Source: a virus
Lineage: Duplodnaviria > Caudoviricetes
Reading direction: 5' to 3' (one strand)
DNA length: 59,296 nucleotides
IMG/VR virus record: IMGVR_UViG_3300039171_000065
Location: 1 to 59,296 of that record
Positions 45,740 through 55,201 of the stretch are shown piece after piece. Made by a program: the position numbers and the translations under genes. Position 1 is the stretch's first letter. Every line of letters begins with the position of its first letter. The notes under the pieces were generated by a model, which was not told the origin of the DNA, made no database searches, and worked only from the letters and a program-made list of their open reading frames with translations.

Positions 45740-47992
45740 ATGATAGAAACAATTATTAAGCGAGATGGTTCCAAACAACCATTTTCACCAACAAAAGTAA
45801 ATCAATGGGGTGAGTGGGCTGCAAGAACTTTAGGAACGAGAGTCGATTGGTCAAGTGTCGTTTTGTATACTGTCAATACTCTACCAAAAGAATGCAATTC
45901 TCAGACATTACAACAAAGACTTATTAAAACATGCCTTGAACATAATTCTTGGTCATATAATCGTATGGCTGGTCGTTTGTATGGTGCGTTAATCTATAAA
46001 ACCGTATTCGATGATAATATTCCATCTGTATTAAGTCTTCATAGAAAACTACAAGAAATTGGTATAATGGAACATTTGGGCTACAGTGATGAAGAATATG
46101 CACAAGTCGAAAAGTTGATTGATCACAGCAAAGATTTGAAGGCTACACACTTTGAACTAAAACAGATTCGTGAAAAGTATTCTTTGATGAACCGAGTTAC
46201 CGGTGAAGAATATGAATCACAACAGTTTGTGTATATGCGTATGGCTATGGCTCTGTCAGAAGATCAGCCAAAAGATAGACGCATGGCTGACGTAGAAGCA
46301 TTTTATGAGCTTTTATCCAACAAGGTGATCAATGCCCCTACCCCCAACTATGTCAACCTTGGAACACCTCTGAGGGGCTTTGCCAGTTGTTGTTTATATA
46401 CTGTTAATGATAGTGCTAAGTCTATTGGTGTTGGTGATCATATCGCATATACCATGACGTATATGAGTGCTGGTATTGGCGCACACCACCAAATTCGATC
46501 TGTCGGTGATCCCGTTCGAGGCGGTGCCATTGAACATCAAGGAAAGCTCCCGTATTATCGTTCATTAGTTGGTGCTATCAAAGCCAACCTACAAAATGGT
46601 AGGGGTGGCGCTGCTACAACATACTATTCTATGTTTGATCCAGAAGTGGCTGTTATTTCACAGCTAAAGAATCCAATGTCAACAGAAGACAAAAAGATTC
46701 GAGGTATGGATTACAATGCAGGAACAAACAAATTCTATGCTAGAAAAGTAGCTAAGAAAGAAGATGTCTTTTTGTTCAATAGCTTTACAGCACCAGACTT
46801 GTACAAAGCATTTTATAGCGATAACGAAGAACTGTTTGCTACCCTATATGCAAAGTATGAAGCTGATGATAGTTTTAAAAAGACGTATATCAATGCTAGG
46901 AAAGCTTTGATAGTATCATTAAATGAAGCTTATGAAACGGGTAGATCGTATTTGCATTGGCCTGATGAAATGAACAGACATACTCCATTTCATGATAGAA
47001 TTTTTAGTTCAAACTTGTGTGCGGAAATATCCTTACCAACACAGGGTTATGAAAACATGGCTGATTTGTATTCTACAGAAGATCATGGCCGAGGGGAAAT
47101 TGCTCTGTGTAGTTTGGCTGGTGTTGTAGTTGGTCATATTAAAGATGACGAACACTATGAAAAAGCCTGTTACTATTCTTTGCTTATGATTGACAAATGC
47201 ATTCATAGAACGCATTATGAGCTACCTCACTTGTCTGTAACCGCTAAGAGTAGGTTGAATGCTGGGGTTGGTATTATTGGTTTAGCGCATCACATGGCTA
47301 AGAAAGGATTGCTTTATAGCACGACTGAGGGCAAGAAAGAGATTCATGAAATCTCAGAAAAGCATATGTACTACATGATCAAAGCAAGTTTGCAATTGGC
47401 TAAAGAGCTTGGTAACGCGCCATGGATACACAAAACGAAATGGCCTGTAGGTTGGTTGCCTATCGACACATACAACAAAAATGTTGATGGAATTGTAGGG
47501 ACTGAATTAAAATATGACTGGGAAGAATTGAGGCGCGAAGTCATTACCAATGGTGGTATTCGTAACTCAGTGTTGGTTGCACATATGCCTAGTGAGTCCA
47601 GTTCTAAAGCTTCTGGAACAACGAACGGGTTGTATCCTGTGCGCGACATTTCTATGCTTAAATCAGATAATAACATTATTATTAATTGGTGTGCGCCAGA
47701 CGGTGAAAAACTTGCAAAGAAATATGAAATTGTATGGGATATACCAACAAAAGATTTGATTGATTGTTATGCGATTGTACAAAAATTTACTGATCAAGGA
47801 ATTAGTGCGGATTTGTATAGAAAGCTAATTGGTGATGAAGTGATTGGTTCAAAAGAAATGTTGACTGATTACTTTTACATGACTAAAATGGGTATGAAGA
47901 CTCGATATTACGTAAACAGCAAAACCAGTGACGGTTTTGAATTAGACACAGGCGAACCAGCTTGTGGCCCTGATGGTGGTTGTACAATATAA
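45740..47992 (+). CDS. nrdA: Class Ia ribonucleotide reductase alpha subunit
   Basis: ATP cone IIKRDG, PTP, ASCC, SNLCAEI, MPSESSS, KTRYY, C-terminal C...GGC. Confidence 0.96.
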   Translation: MIETIIKRDGSKQPFSPTKVNQWGEWAARTLGTRVDWSSVVLYTVNTLPKECNSQTLQQRLIKTCLEHNSWSYNRMAGRLYGALIYKTVFDDNIPSVLSLHRKLQEIGIMEHLGYSDEEYAQVEKLIDHSKDLKATHFELKQIREKYSLMNRVTGEEYESQQFVYMRMAMALSEDQPKDRRMADVEAFYELLSNKVINAPTPNYVNLGTPLRGFASCCLYTVNDSAKSIGVGDHIAYTMTYMSAGIGAHHQIRSVGDPVRGGAIEHQGKLPYYRSLVGAIKANLQNGRGGAATTYYSMFDPEVAVISQLKNPMSTEDKKIRGMDYNAGTNKFYARKVAKKEDVFLFNSFTAPDLYKAFYSDNEELFATLYAKYEADDSFKKTYINARKALIVSLNEAYETGRSYLHWPDEMNRHTPFHDRIFSSNLCAEISLPTQGYENMADLYSTEDHGRGEIALCSLAGVVVGHIKDDEHYEKACYYSLLMIDKCIHRTHYELPHLSVTAKSRLNAGVGIIGLAHHMAKKGLLYSTTEGKKEIHEISEKHMYYMIKASLQLAKELGNAPWIHKTKWPVGWLPIDTYNKNVDGIVGTELKYDWEELRREVITNGGIRNSVLVAHMPSESSSKASGTTNGLYPVRDISMLKSDNNIIINWCAPDGEKLAKKYEIVWDIPTKDLIDCYAIVQKFTDQGISADLYRKLIGDEVIGSKEMLTDYFYMTKMGMKTRYYVNSKTSDGFELDTGEPACGPDGGCTI

Positions 47993-48018
47993 ACAAATTT
48001 ACACAAAGAGAGAAATAA

Positions 48019-49122
48019 ATGCCGATTGATAAAAACGTTTTTAACACAGAAAAAACAGATTACGAAAAACCCAAGCTTTTGCTTGGGGGTCAGGAATCAG
48101 GGTTGTTTGATACAATCAACAAACACTACCCTGATATTTGGAAAATGTACAAAACTCAAAAATCTCTTGACTGGGATGAAAATGAGTTTGATTATAGTTC
48201 ATGCAACGTAGAGTTTAAGACTTGTAGCGAAAGCGTCTATGAAATAATGATCAAAACATTGGCTTGGCAATGGGAAGCAGATAGTGTGGCTTCTCGAAGC
48301 ATTGCTCCTGTGATGGCTCCGTTTATTACATCATCCGAACTGTGGGCTGCAATTCAACGCATCTCAGACAACGAGGTGCTACACTCTGCAACGTATTCTG
48401 AAATTGTGCGTAGTAGTTTTGATGATCCATCTGTGATCATTTCTGAGGTTCTAAAAGTTGAAGAAGCTATGTCGCGTATGGTCAGCGTGTCTAGGGTGTT
48501 TAGCGAAGCTCACAAAGCCTCACATATGTATGCACTGGGTATGATTGAGAACAATCAAGATACCTATAATAAGGCTTTCATGGTGTTTGTGGCACTGTTA
48601 TGTCTTGAGCGCATCCAGTTTATGTCCAGCTTTGCCGTGACGTTTGCTATTTGTGATACAGGTATGTTTGGGCCTATTGGAAAAGCCGTTCAAAAGATTG
48701 CACAAGATGAGTTAGAAGTTCATGCTGAATTTGACAAGAGAGTTATTACAGCAGAACTAAAAACCGAGCGTGGACAAATTGCCATGGAGCAATGTGCTGA
48801 TCAGATCAAAGCTTTAGTTGATGAGGTTGTGAACGGTGAACTGACATGGAACAAATATCTATTCTCAGAAGGTCGTGAACTGGTAGGCTTGAACGAATCA
48901 GTTTTGTCTCAATGGGCGCTATTTTGTTCTAAGGATGTGTATAAGTTTTTGAAAGTTAAAAGTGAACACACTATGCCAAAAGCAAACCCATTAAAGTATA
49001 TGGAAAATTGGCTTGACATTTCAAAAACACAGGCATCACCACAAGAACAGGATAATGGCCAGTATAAAGTGGGTGTTATGCGCCGTGACGATGAAAACGA
49101 AGATTTTGATATAGGATTTTAA
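48019..49122 (+). CDS. nrdB: Ribonucleotide reductase beta subunit
   Basis: W...E, ADS, EVLH..TY, LERIQF..SF, DELEVH, PQE....Y. Confidence 0.95.
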   Translation: MPIDKNVFNTEKTDYEKPKLLLGGQESGLFDTINKHYPDIWKMYKTQKSLDWDENEFDYSSCNVEFKTCSESVYEIMIKTLAWQWEADSVASRSIAPVMAPFITSSELWAAIQRISDNEVLHSATYSEIVRSSFDDPSVIISEVLKVEEAMSRMVSVSRVFSEAHKASHMYALGMIENNQDTYNKAFMVFVALLCLERIQFMSSFAVTFAICDTGMFGPIGKAVQKIAQDELEVHAEFDKRVITAELKTERGQIAMEQCADQIKALVDEVVNGELTWNKYLFSEGRELVGLNESVLSQWALFCSKDVYKFLKVKSEHTMPKANPLKYMENWLDISKTQASPQEQDNGQYKVGVMRRDDENEDFDIGF

Positions 49123-49137
49123 ACTAAGGAATTAAAA

Positions 49138-49440
49138 ATGAAACCAACAATGAATAGTGTAAAGAATAAAATCGAATATGTTTATTATGCATATTGTGAA
49201 AAATCAACCGTATGCTTCATGAAATTAAAAAGTGGTCATATGTTTGTCGGTGAATCACATTGCTACAGTTTCATAGATTATGATGTTAAAGTGGGTAGAG
49301 AATGCGCGTATGATGATGCTGTTAACAAATTGTTTGAAGCTGAGTGTTATCTTGCAAAGAACTTTGAAAAATTCATCGAAGGGCTTGGGGCTAACACGAA
49401 TATTCCAGAACCGATTTCTGGTGGGGTGAAGTGGAAATAG
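49138..49440 (+). CDS. Gp49/Sf6-gp66-family small protein
   Basis: TVC...LKSG....GES.C.....YD..VG...AY.DA..KL...E.YL pattern. Confidence 0.7.
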   Translation: MKPTMNSVKNKIEYVYYAYCEKSTVCFMKLKSGHMFVGESHCYSFIDYDVKVGRECAYDDAVNKLFEAECYLAKNFEKFIEGLGANTNIPEPISGGVKWK

Positions 49441-49458
49441 ATAAAGAATAGAAAAAAA

Positions 49459-49492
49459 GGGGCTTGCGAGTCCCTTTTTTTATTGTTATAAT
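49459..49492 (+). promoter_or_regulatory. Terminator-promoter cassette
   Basis: GGGGCTTGCGAGTCCC + T-run; TTGCGA-17-TATAAT. Confidence 0.8.
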
Positions 49493-49565
49493 GGTTGTGT
49501 TGATGAGGTCAGAATGACCTACAAAGAAGCAATTGAAAGAATCACTGAATTGATGTACTGAATCC

Positions 49566-49637
49566 TTGCAATCCTACCTCACTATGATATAATGGTTGTG
49601 TAGTGAGAGAGAAGTTAAACGAATCAGGAGATTGAAG
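49566..49637 (+). promoter_or_regulatory. Early promoter/RBS cassette with palindromic arms
   Basis: TTGCAA-16-TATAAT; CTCACTA-16-TAGTGAG; CAGGAGATT. Confidence 0.8.
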
Positions 49638-49853
49638 ATGACTACATTTTACTACTACATTAACCTTGATGAACGTGGTGAATTCTTTGCTGATGTCCGT
49701 GATGAAAACGAAACCACCATTTTTGAAATTCATGGATTTGATCTATTCGAAGATGGATTTGTTGATAATTTACATAACCCATCTGATATTGAAACCCACT
49801 TGATTTATCTAGGTGTGATTAATTCAGAAGACGAAGTTCTTAAAGGTGAATGA
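49638..49853 (+). CDS. Small acidic early protein
   Basis: YYINLDERGEF.ADVR; follows the cassette. Confidence 0.75.
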   Translation: MTTFYYYINLDERGEFFADVRDENETTIFEIHGFDLFEDGFVDNLHNPSDIETHLIYLGVINSEDEVLKGE

Positions 49854-50088
49854 TATGAAAATTATTGAGATGTATCAAACTGCTGATGGCAAAACATTCG
49901 ATTCCGAGCAACAAGCAAAGCGTCACGAAACTGATATCCTTTGTAACAAGGTCGAAAACTTCATTGAAGGTTATTTTGTTGGTAGTCATCATCGACCTAG
50001 TGTAATCAGAAGTGTTAATGTAATGATTGAAGATAAAGAACTGTTAAAATCCCAATTGAAAGAACTTCTTTATATTTTGGAAAATTAA
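49846..50088 (+). CDS. Small hypothetical protein
   Basis: Y.T.DGK.F.S...A.RHE motif. Confidence 0.7.
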   Translation: MNDMKIIEMYQTADGKTFDSEQQAKRHETDILCNKVENFIEGYFVGSHHRPSVIRSVNVMIEDKELLKSQLKELLYILEN

Positions 50089-50121
50089 TACTTGACGCAT
50101 GGACGCGACTACTTCATACTC

Positions 50122-50222
50122 ATTACAGCTACGGCGGTGACTTGATTGCAGAAATCAAATATGATCGTGCTGGAATTCCAAAGATTTTTGTTGAAAAGAA
50201 AGCATAACCCATTGCAATCCAC
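50122..50222 (+). repeat. 101-bp near-identical copy of 52010-52110
   Basis: 3' end of the 51850-52095 gene plus the start of the next cassette; 2 mismatches. Confidence 0.92.
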
Positions 50223-50227
50223 CTCTT

Positions 50228-50389
50228 GATGACATAGACGAATTTAGGGAATTTGAGGCTTATAGGAAGGCTATAAAACAATTTGAAATTTCAGAAGCTT
50301 ACCTTATAAAGAATCTATCGTCTTTTTGTGACACGTTTGGAGCGAACACAGAGATTCCAGACCCAATCTCTGGTGGTTTTATTGTGTGA
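50228..50389 (+). pseudogene. Start-less 3' remnant of a paralog of the 49138-49440 gene
   Basis: ...EAYLIKN...GANTEIPDPISGGFIV* vs ...ECYLAKN...GANTNIPEPISGGVKWK*. Confidence 0.75.
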
Positions 50390-50436
50390 TAAATAGTTTT
50401 ATACTATTGGCATACCAAAAGAAAAGTGAAAGAATT

Positions 50437-51015
50437 ATGAAGACTTACAAAGAGTTTTTGGAGGAATCATTCTTACTTGAAGGTAAGCAGATTACGATAT
50501 ACCATGGCGATAACTTTGGAACCACTAAACTGTCGCCTAAGTTAATGAACAATGGAAACAATCAGGAAGGTATCGGTATCTACTTTTCTGATAAAATTGA
50601 AACAGCAAATGCATATGGTAAGGATGTTGTGTCACTTGACATTGATATGAGTAAATTTGTCAATGCTCGTGAACCAACACACAAGTATATTAATAGTCGC
50701 AAATTAACCCAGATGTTAAAAGAACTACACGGCACCGATGATGAAGCATTTTTTTATTTTGCGTCAGACTACATTGAATTGGTTGAAGTGGAAGATGTTG
50801 TAGAGGGACATTTTAGTGAAATGGCTTCCAATATAAAAAACGAGCAAGTACGCAATCTACAAGTTGCACTCGCACAAGCATTCGGTGTTGAATCATTTGT
50901 TAAAGTGTGGAATAATGTACTTGGTAATGATATTCACGGCACTTACAGCAAAAACAACAGCCGTGAAAATTGGTTTTCAGTAATCAACGATAAATTGAAA
51001 GTACAGAAAGTGTAA
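50437..51015 (+). CDS. Putative internal head protein with ADP-ribosyltransferase-like motifs
   Basis: GATAAATA at 50388; MKTYKEFLEE; IYHG...GIGIYFS....A..YG. Confidence 0.7.
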   Translation: MKTYKEFLEESFLLEGKQITIYHGDNFGTTKLSPKLMNNGNNQEGIGIYFSDKIETANAYGKDVVSLDIDMSKFVNAREPTHKYINSRKLTQMLKELHGTDDEAFFYFASDYIELVEVEDVVEGHFSEMASNIKNEQVRNLQVALAQAFGVESFVKVWNNVLGNDIHGTYSKNNSRENWFSVINDKLKVQKV

Positions 51016-51083
51016 ATGGCTGGTGTTATTAAATTATAAATAGTTTTACACTATTGGCATACCAAACGAAAAGGGAAAGAATT

Positions 51084-51434
51084 ATGAAAACTTACACAGA
51101 ATTTTTAAAGGAATCAAAACATATTAATGAATCAAAGGATGTTGATGGGGCATTGATGCAGATGGAAAAGTTAGTAACTAAAGGGGTGGTAAAAATTAGC
51201 ACAATGAAAACACACCCCTCTGGTGGTATTGATTCTTACATCGCTACTTGGGATTCATCCAACAGCAAAATTTTTCTCAGGGGAAGAACTGATAAAGAAG
51301 AACATAAAGATTGGAAAGAAGGCTTTAAATCCAGATTTGGTGAGCGGCGTGGTTCTACAATCACTGTTATGAGTAATATGCCTGCTGGTCTTGTTGATGT
51401 GGTGAATATGGCTCAAGGTACAAACTTTTCATAA
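51084..51434 (+). CDS. Putative internal head protein
   Basis: TATAAATA at 51035; MKTYTEFLKE; terminator 51459-51484. Confidence 0.75.
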   Translation: MKTYTEFLKESKHINESKDVDGALMQMEKLVTKGVVKISTMKTHPSGGIDSYIATWDSSNSKIFLRGRTDKEEHKDWKEGFKSRFGERRGSTITVMSNMPAGLVDVVNMAQGTNFS

Positions 51435-51570
51435 TGGATAATTAGTATAAAATAAAAAAAAAGGGTCTTTTGAGGCCCTTTTTTATTGCTTTACGTTTGC
51501 AACCGCCCTCATTTGTTGCTATAATGTTTGTGTAGTGAGAGAGAAGACAAACAAATCAGGAGATTGAATT

Positions 51571-51765
51571 ATGAAGTACCTATCTTTAGAAACCATAGAA
51601 TTAATTGAAAAATATAACAAGACTCGCGCCAAGGCAAAGAAAATGCCTAAGATGATCAGGTATAACGCAATGCCAAAAGTAACCACAGAATTACAATTAA
51701 TGCTGGACGAAATTCAACGTAGGGCTACATCTGGTGATAATCTACTACATACACTTGACCACTAA
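51571..51765 (+). CDS. Small early protein
   Basis: Cassette TTGCAA(51497)-17-TATAAT...CAGGAGATT. Confidence 0.7.
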   Translation: MKYLSLETIELIEKYNKTRAKAKKMPKMIRYNAMPKVTTELQLMLDEIQRRATSGDNLLHTLDH

Positions 51766-51849
51766 TATCAGATAATCCTTGCAATCCTCCCTCACTATGA
51801 CATAATATCCTTGTAGTGATGGGGTTTTTACTTTCTAGGAGATTGAATT

Positions 51850-52095
51850 ATGTCATACGTTGCTGTTGTCGTTGTAAAGAAAGATAACACCATTGAAGTC
51901 CATGTCGATTCTTCCATTGAAACTAGTTTCATTACCATGGAAGCATTAGCCGACAAACCCACCACAAAAAACGTCTTCCGTAAAGTTATTAGCACAGAGC
52001 TTTTTGTTAATTATAGCTACGGCGGTGACTTGATTGCAGAAATCAACTATGATCGTGCTGGAATTCCAAAGATTTTTGTTGAAAAGAAAGCATAA
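51850..52095 (+). CDS. Small early protein
   Basis: Cassette starting at 51779. Confidence 0.75.
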   Translation: MSYVAVVVVKKDNTIEVHVDSSIETSFITMEALADKPTTKNVFRKVISTELFVNYSYGGDLIAEINYDRAGIPKIFVEKKA

Positions 52096-52171
52096 CCCAT
52101 TGCAATCCACATCTCGTTATGAGATAATGGTTTTGTACTGAGGGAATGATCAATTACTAGGAGATTAAATT

Positions 52172-52435
52172 ATGTTAATTGCAGATACTATTGAAGTTGT
52201 TAAATCTTCTGACAAAGGCCGTCACGTCTACATCACCTACGTAAATGGATTTGGTGTTCGCAAAAAAGAAATGTTTCGTTTTGTACCAAGTTATTCCAAA
52301 GCTGGTGTAAAAATCATTGTAAAACACATCGAATCAATTGACTCAGATTCTTATGTCGTTCGGGGGGAAAGAATTGATGAAGTTCGAATGAGCTACAGAG
52401 AAATTATTAAGCGAATTGGAGAATTGGTGTACTAA
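52172..52435 (+). CDS. Small early protein
   Basis: Cassette starting at 52100. Confidence 0.75.
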   Translation: MLIADTIEVVKSSDKGRHVYITYVNGFGVRKKEMFRFVPSYSKAGVKIIVKHIESIDSDSYVVRGERIDEVRMSYREIIKRIGELVY

Positions 52436-52453
52436 ACCCTTTGCAATATAAAG

Positions 52454-52509
52454 CTCAGTATGAAATAATACCTTTGTACTGAGGAAATGACGAAACAAAC
52501 TAGGAGATT
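52454..52509 (+). repeat. 56-bp cassette core identical to 53413-53468
   Basis: CTCAGTATGAAATAATACCTTTGTACTGAGGAAATGACGAAACAAACTAGGAGATT. Confidence 0.92.
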
Positions 52510-52513
52510 GAAA

Positions 52514-52726
52514 ATGAAAGAATCAAAAATTAAAATCGCTGACCTAAAATCTTGTGTTGATTGCTTTGACGCAATTGATTCGATTAAAGATGACCCAATA
52601 AACTATCTTGGTGGAATCAAAGCTTGGAATTCTGGCGAAAGAACCTACCTCAAATTTGCCTCTAAAAATAAAATTGCAGCAATCAATCGCAAACTTGATA
52701 AATTTCTTGACGAGGATGATGCATGA
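52514..52726 (+). CDS. Small early protein
   Basis: Cassette starting at 52441. Confidence 0.75.
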   Translation: MKESKIKIADLKSCVDCFDAIDSIKDDPINYLGGIKAWNSGERTYLKFASKNKIAAINRKLDKFLDEDDA

Positions 52727-52980
52727 AAGCTTCACAGAAACTAATCATCTGTTTCGAGCAATTAAAAACCATTCAAAAATTTGCAGACGTTGATTCGAAA
52801 CTCTTGCCTCTTATCGCTAAGTTGGAAGCAGATGGTGACTTGTTTGGGCCTGCATGTCTTGTGATATACGCTCCTGATCCTATTTTCGTGAGTGCATCCT
52901 ATTTTGGTAAGGCAAAAGGCCCAAGCAAACCAAAACTGTTTGGATATGACGAAAACGAATTCATGAAAAAGCAATATTAG
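52723..52980 (+). CDS. Small hypothetical protein
   Basis: ATGA-coupled. Confidence 0.65.
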   Translation: MKASQKLIICFEQLKTIQKFADVDSKLLPLIAKLEADGDLFGPACLVIYAPDPIFVSASYFGKAKGPSKPKLFGYDENEFMKKQY

Positions 52981-53050
52981 TTTGTTGACGCAGGGACGCG
53001 CTTGCTTTATACTGATTGTAGAAGTTGAGAAAAACTTAGGAGATCAGATC

Positions 53051-53371
53051 ATGACCAAACCAAATTCAAAAGAAATCGCTCTCGAAATCAAATCAACCTG
53101 TAATCGCCTTGGCTGGACATATGAAGCTCGCGCAACCATCCTCGTTATTCGCAAAAGCTTTGACAGCACCAAAGAAGCCTTTGTAGTAGCCGACAGTGAA
53201 TACTACGGCATTTTAAGCTTGATCCCTAGCACAAGTGCTGGTAGTATTTGGGGCACTGACGGAGGTGGTTGTGGGGCGCTTGCAGCCATTAAGTCCGGTG
53301 TTTTTGAAATGAAGAAATCTGGATGTAGTAAGCGTGTGTTGAATGCTTTAAATAAGCTAGACACAATCTAA
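53051..53371 (+). CDS. Small early protein
   Basis: TTGACG(52985)-17-TATACT, TAGGAGA RBS; GSIWGTDGGG.G motif. Confidence 0.75.
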   Translation: MTKPNSKEIALEIKSTCNRLGWTYEARATILVIRKSFDSTKEAFVVADSEYYGILSLIPSTSAGSIWGTDGGGCGALAAIKSGVFEMKKSGCSKRVLNALNKLDTI

Positions 53372-53472
53372 AAATCCAAAACCAATTTCTTTAAAGTTCT
53401 TGCAATATCCACCTCAGTATGAAATAATACCTTTGTACTGAGGAAATGACGAAACAAACTAGGAGATTAGAT

Positions 53473-53751
53473 ATGAAAATTACAGTTGAAAAGACTACCA
53501 AGCATAATTTTGTAGATACCGCTCGTGTTAAAGTTGTTTTTGTTGAGCGTGAAGCCGCGTTTGGTGGAAGTCCCATCAAAGAAAAATACAGAATCGTTAG
53601 TGAGTACGGTATTAAACGTATATACCTACACTCTTTTAGTAATGACATTAACACTTTCGAAATTAGTGGTAATCTTGTTGATAAAGCTAAAAGTTCTGCA
53701 TTGACCTATGATGATGCTGTCGAGAATATCAGAAATGGTCGTTACTCTTGA
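53473..53751 (+). CDS. Small early protein
   Basis: Cassette starting at 53400. Confidence 0.75.
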   Translation: MKITVEKTTKHNFVDTARVKVVFVEREAAFGGSPIKEKYRIVSEYGIKRIYLHSFSNDINTFEISGNLVDKAKSSALTYDDAVENIRNGRYS

Positions 53752-53839
53752 GATAATAGAATTATTTGTTATTTAATTCGCTAATTATGTTATACTATTT
53801 GTGTTGACTGATTTCCAATTGAACGAAAGGAACTATATT

Positions 53840-54334
53840 ATGAACGTTGAAACCAATCACGCCGTTGTCTTTGTTAATTCTGCTCACGGCTACAACCACA
53901 TCAATACCCGAATTGATATGTCTTCAAAAGATGATCTTGAAAGTGTTTCAGCGGGCAATCTCCCTTATACCAGTAGCTTTGACTCTATTTCTGGTTCTGT
54001 TGTCTTTAACGCTCAATACAACGCCACTGGGGATGACTACAGAAAGGGTTACGGCTTTGAACCAGTCCTGAGTGATGTACACAACTTTGATCTACGCAAA
54101 GCCGAAAGAGCTTTGAAACTGCTTCGCAAAGTCTCTAAGAAATATGACGCATTGCGAAACGAATCACGCAATTACGATTTCATTCCCTCGCTTGTTGCCT
54201 TTCTAAAATCTGCTGGTATCAAGCGTGTGTTCATCCGGTATCAAAATGCGAACGGTTTTGTGAATCTGGGTCTTGAAGAGGCTATCTACGAACTAACCAA
54301 GATTGATCAGAAATTTCAAAACGGGAGTGTGTGA
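53840..54334 (+). CDS. Hypothetical early protein
   Basis: AAGGA RBS; TG-TATACT extended -10 upstream. Confidence 0.75.
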   Translation: MNVETNHAVVFVNSAHGYNHINTRIDMSSKDDLESVSAGNLPYTSSFDSISGSVVFNAQYNATGDDYRKGYGFEPVLSDVHNFDLRKAERALKLLRKVSKKYDALRNESRNYDFIPSLVAFLKSAGIKRVFIRYQNANGFVNLGLEEAIYELTKIDQKFQNGSV

Positions 54335-54423
54335 ATTACGAAAAATCAGTCTTTAGAACAATGTAAGTTTGATAGGCTTAATCTAGAAGAACTTTTAAAC
54401 AAACTAAAATAGGAAAGATTAGA

Positions 54424-54990
54424 ATGGACATGAAAACGTACCTAGAAGAATCAGAACGCACAGCACCAAAATTCGAGAACGGTCTTGAAATCAACGACTC
54501 TGTTCTTGAAGCTTTGCGTTATACAATTTCAGAAATGGTGAAAGTTGGTAATCCTCTTGATGACTTGAAAAAGAACATCTATTACAAAAAGCCGTTTGCA
54601 TGGATTGATCCTGTGAATGAAATCGCAAAAGAGAGAGTTGTATTACCACAATACGAAGCTGATATCGTCCATGCTGTGGTAGGAATTGCAACCGAGTCTG
54701 TGGAGCTACTGGAAGCTCTGTATGACCGTTTATCAGGGAAAGAGGTAGATGTGGTCAACCTAGTCGAAGAGCTTGGAGATGGCATGTGGTACGCTGCGCT
54801 GTTGCTACGCACACTCAACACAGACTTCGAACAAACCGCTGCAATTAACATTGATAAATTGTACAAACGATTCCCGCACAAGTTTGACGATAACAAGGCT
54901 ATCTTTCGTGATGTAAAAGCGGAGCGAAACCTTCTAGAAAAAAGGATTAACCGAAATGGCGAGAAAATGAAATCTAGCATCATTTCCTGA
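54424..54990 (+). CDS. MazG-like NTP pyrophosphohydrolase
   Basis: HA..GIATE..EL, EELGD.MWY, NIDKL..RFP..F. Confidence 0.85.
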   Translation: MDMKTYLEESERTAPKFENGLEINDSVLEALRYTISEMVKVGNPLDDLKKNIYYKKPFAWIDPVNEIAKERVVLPQYEADIVHAVVGIATESVELLEALYDRLSGKEVDVVNLVEELGDGMWYAALLLRTLNTDFEQTAAINIDKLYKRFPHKFDDNKAIFRDVKAERNLLEKRINRNGEKMKSSIIS

Positions 54991-55190
54991 TAAGATACTT
55001 GTTAACAATACATTTTATCTGTCACCAAAAGAAAAGATGGATTCTGACAAGTTTCAGAAGAAGCATTCAAAATGCAAGTCATTCTTTGAATTTGCATTCG
55101 CTTACGGCAGTGGAATATGTGCAAGTTGTTTTGGTTAAATGCGCTCGTTGTGGTGATAGTAAAGATATAACGGATATTAACTACTGGTAA
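54968..55190 (+). pseudogene. Frameshifted small Cys-rich gene
   Basis: FYLSPKE...KKH.KC...FAF..GSGI in one frame continues as VLVKC.RCG..KDITD..YW* in the next. Confidence 0.5.
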
Positions 55191-55201
55191 GGAAAATATA
55201 A

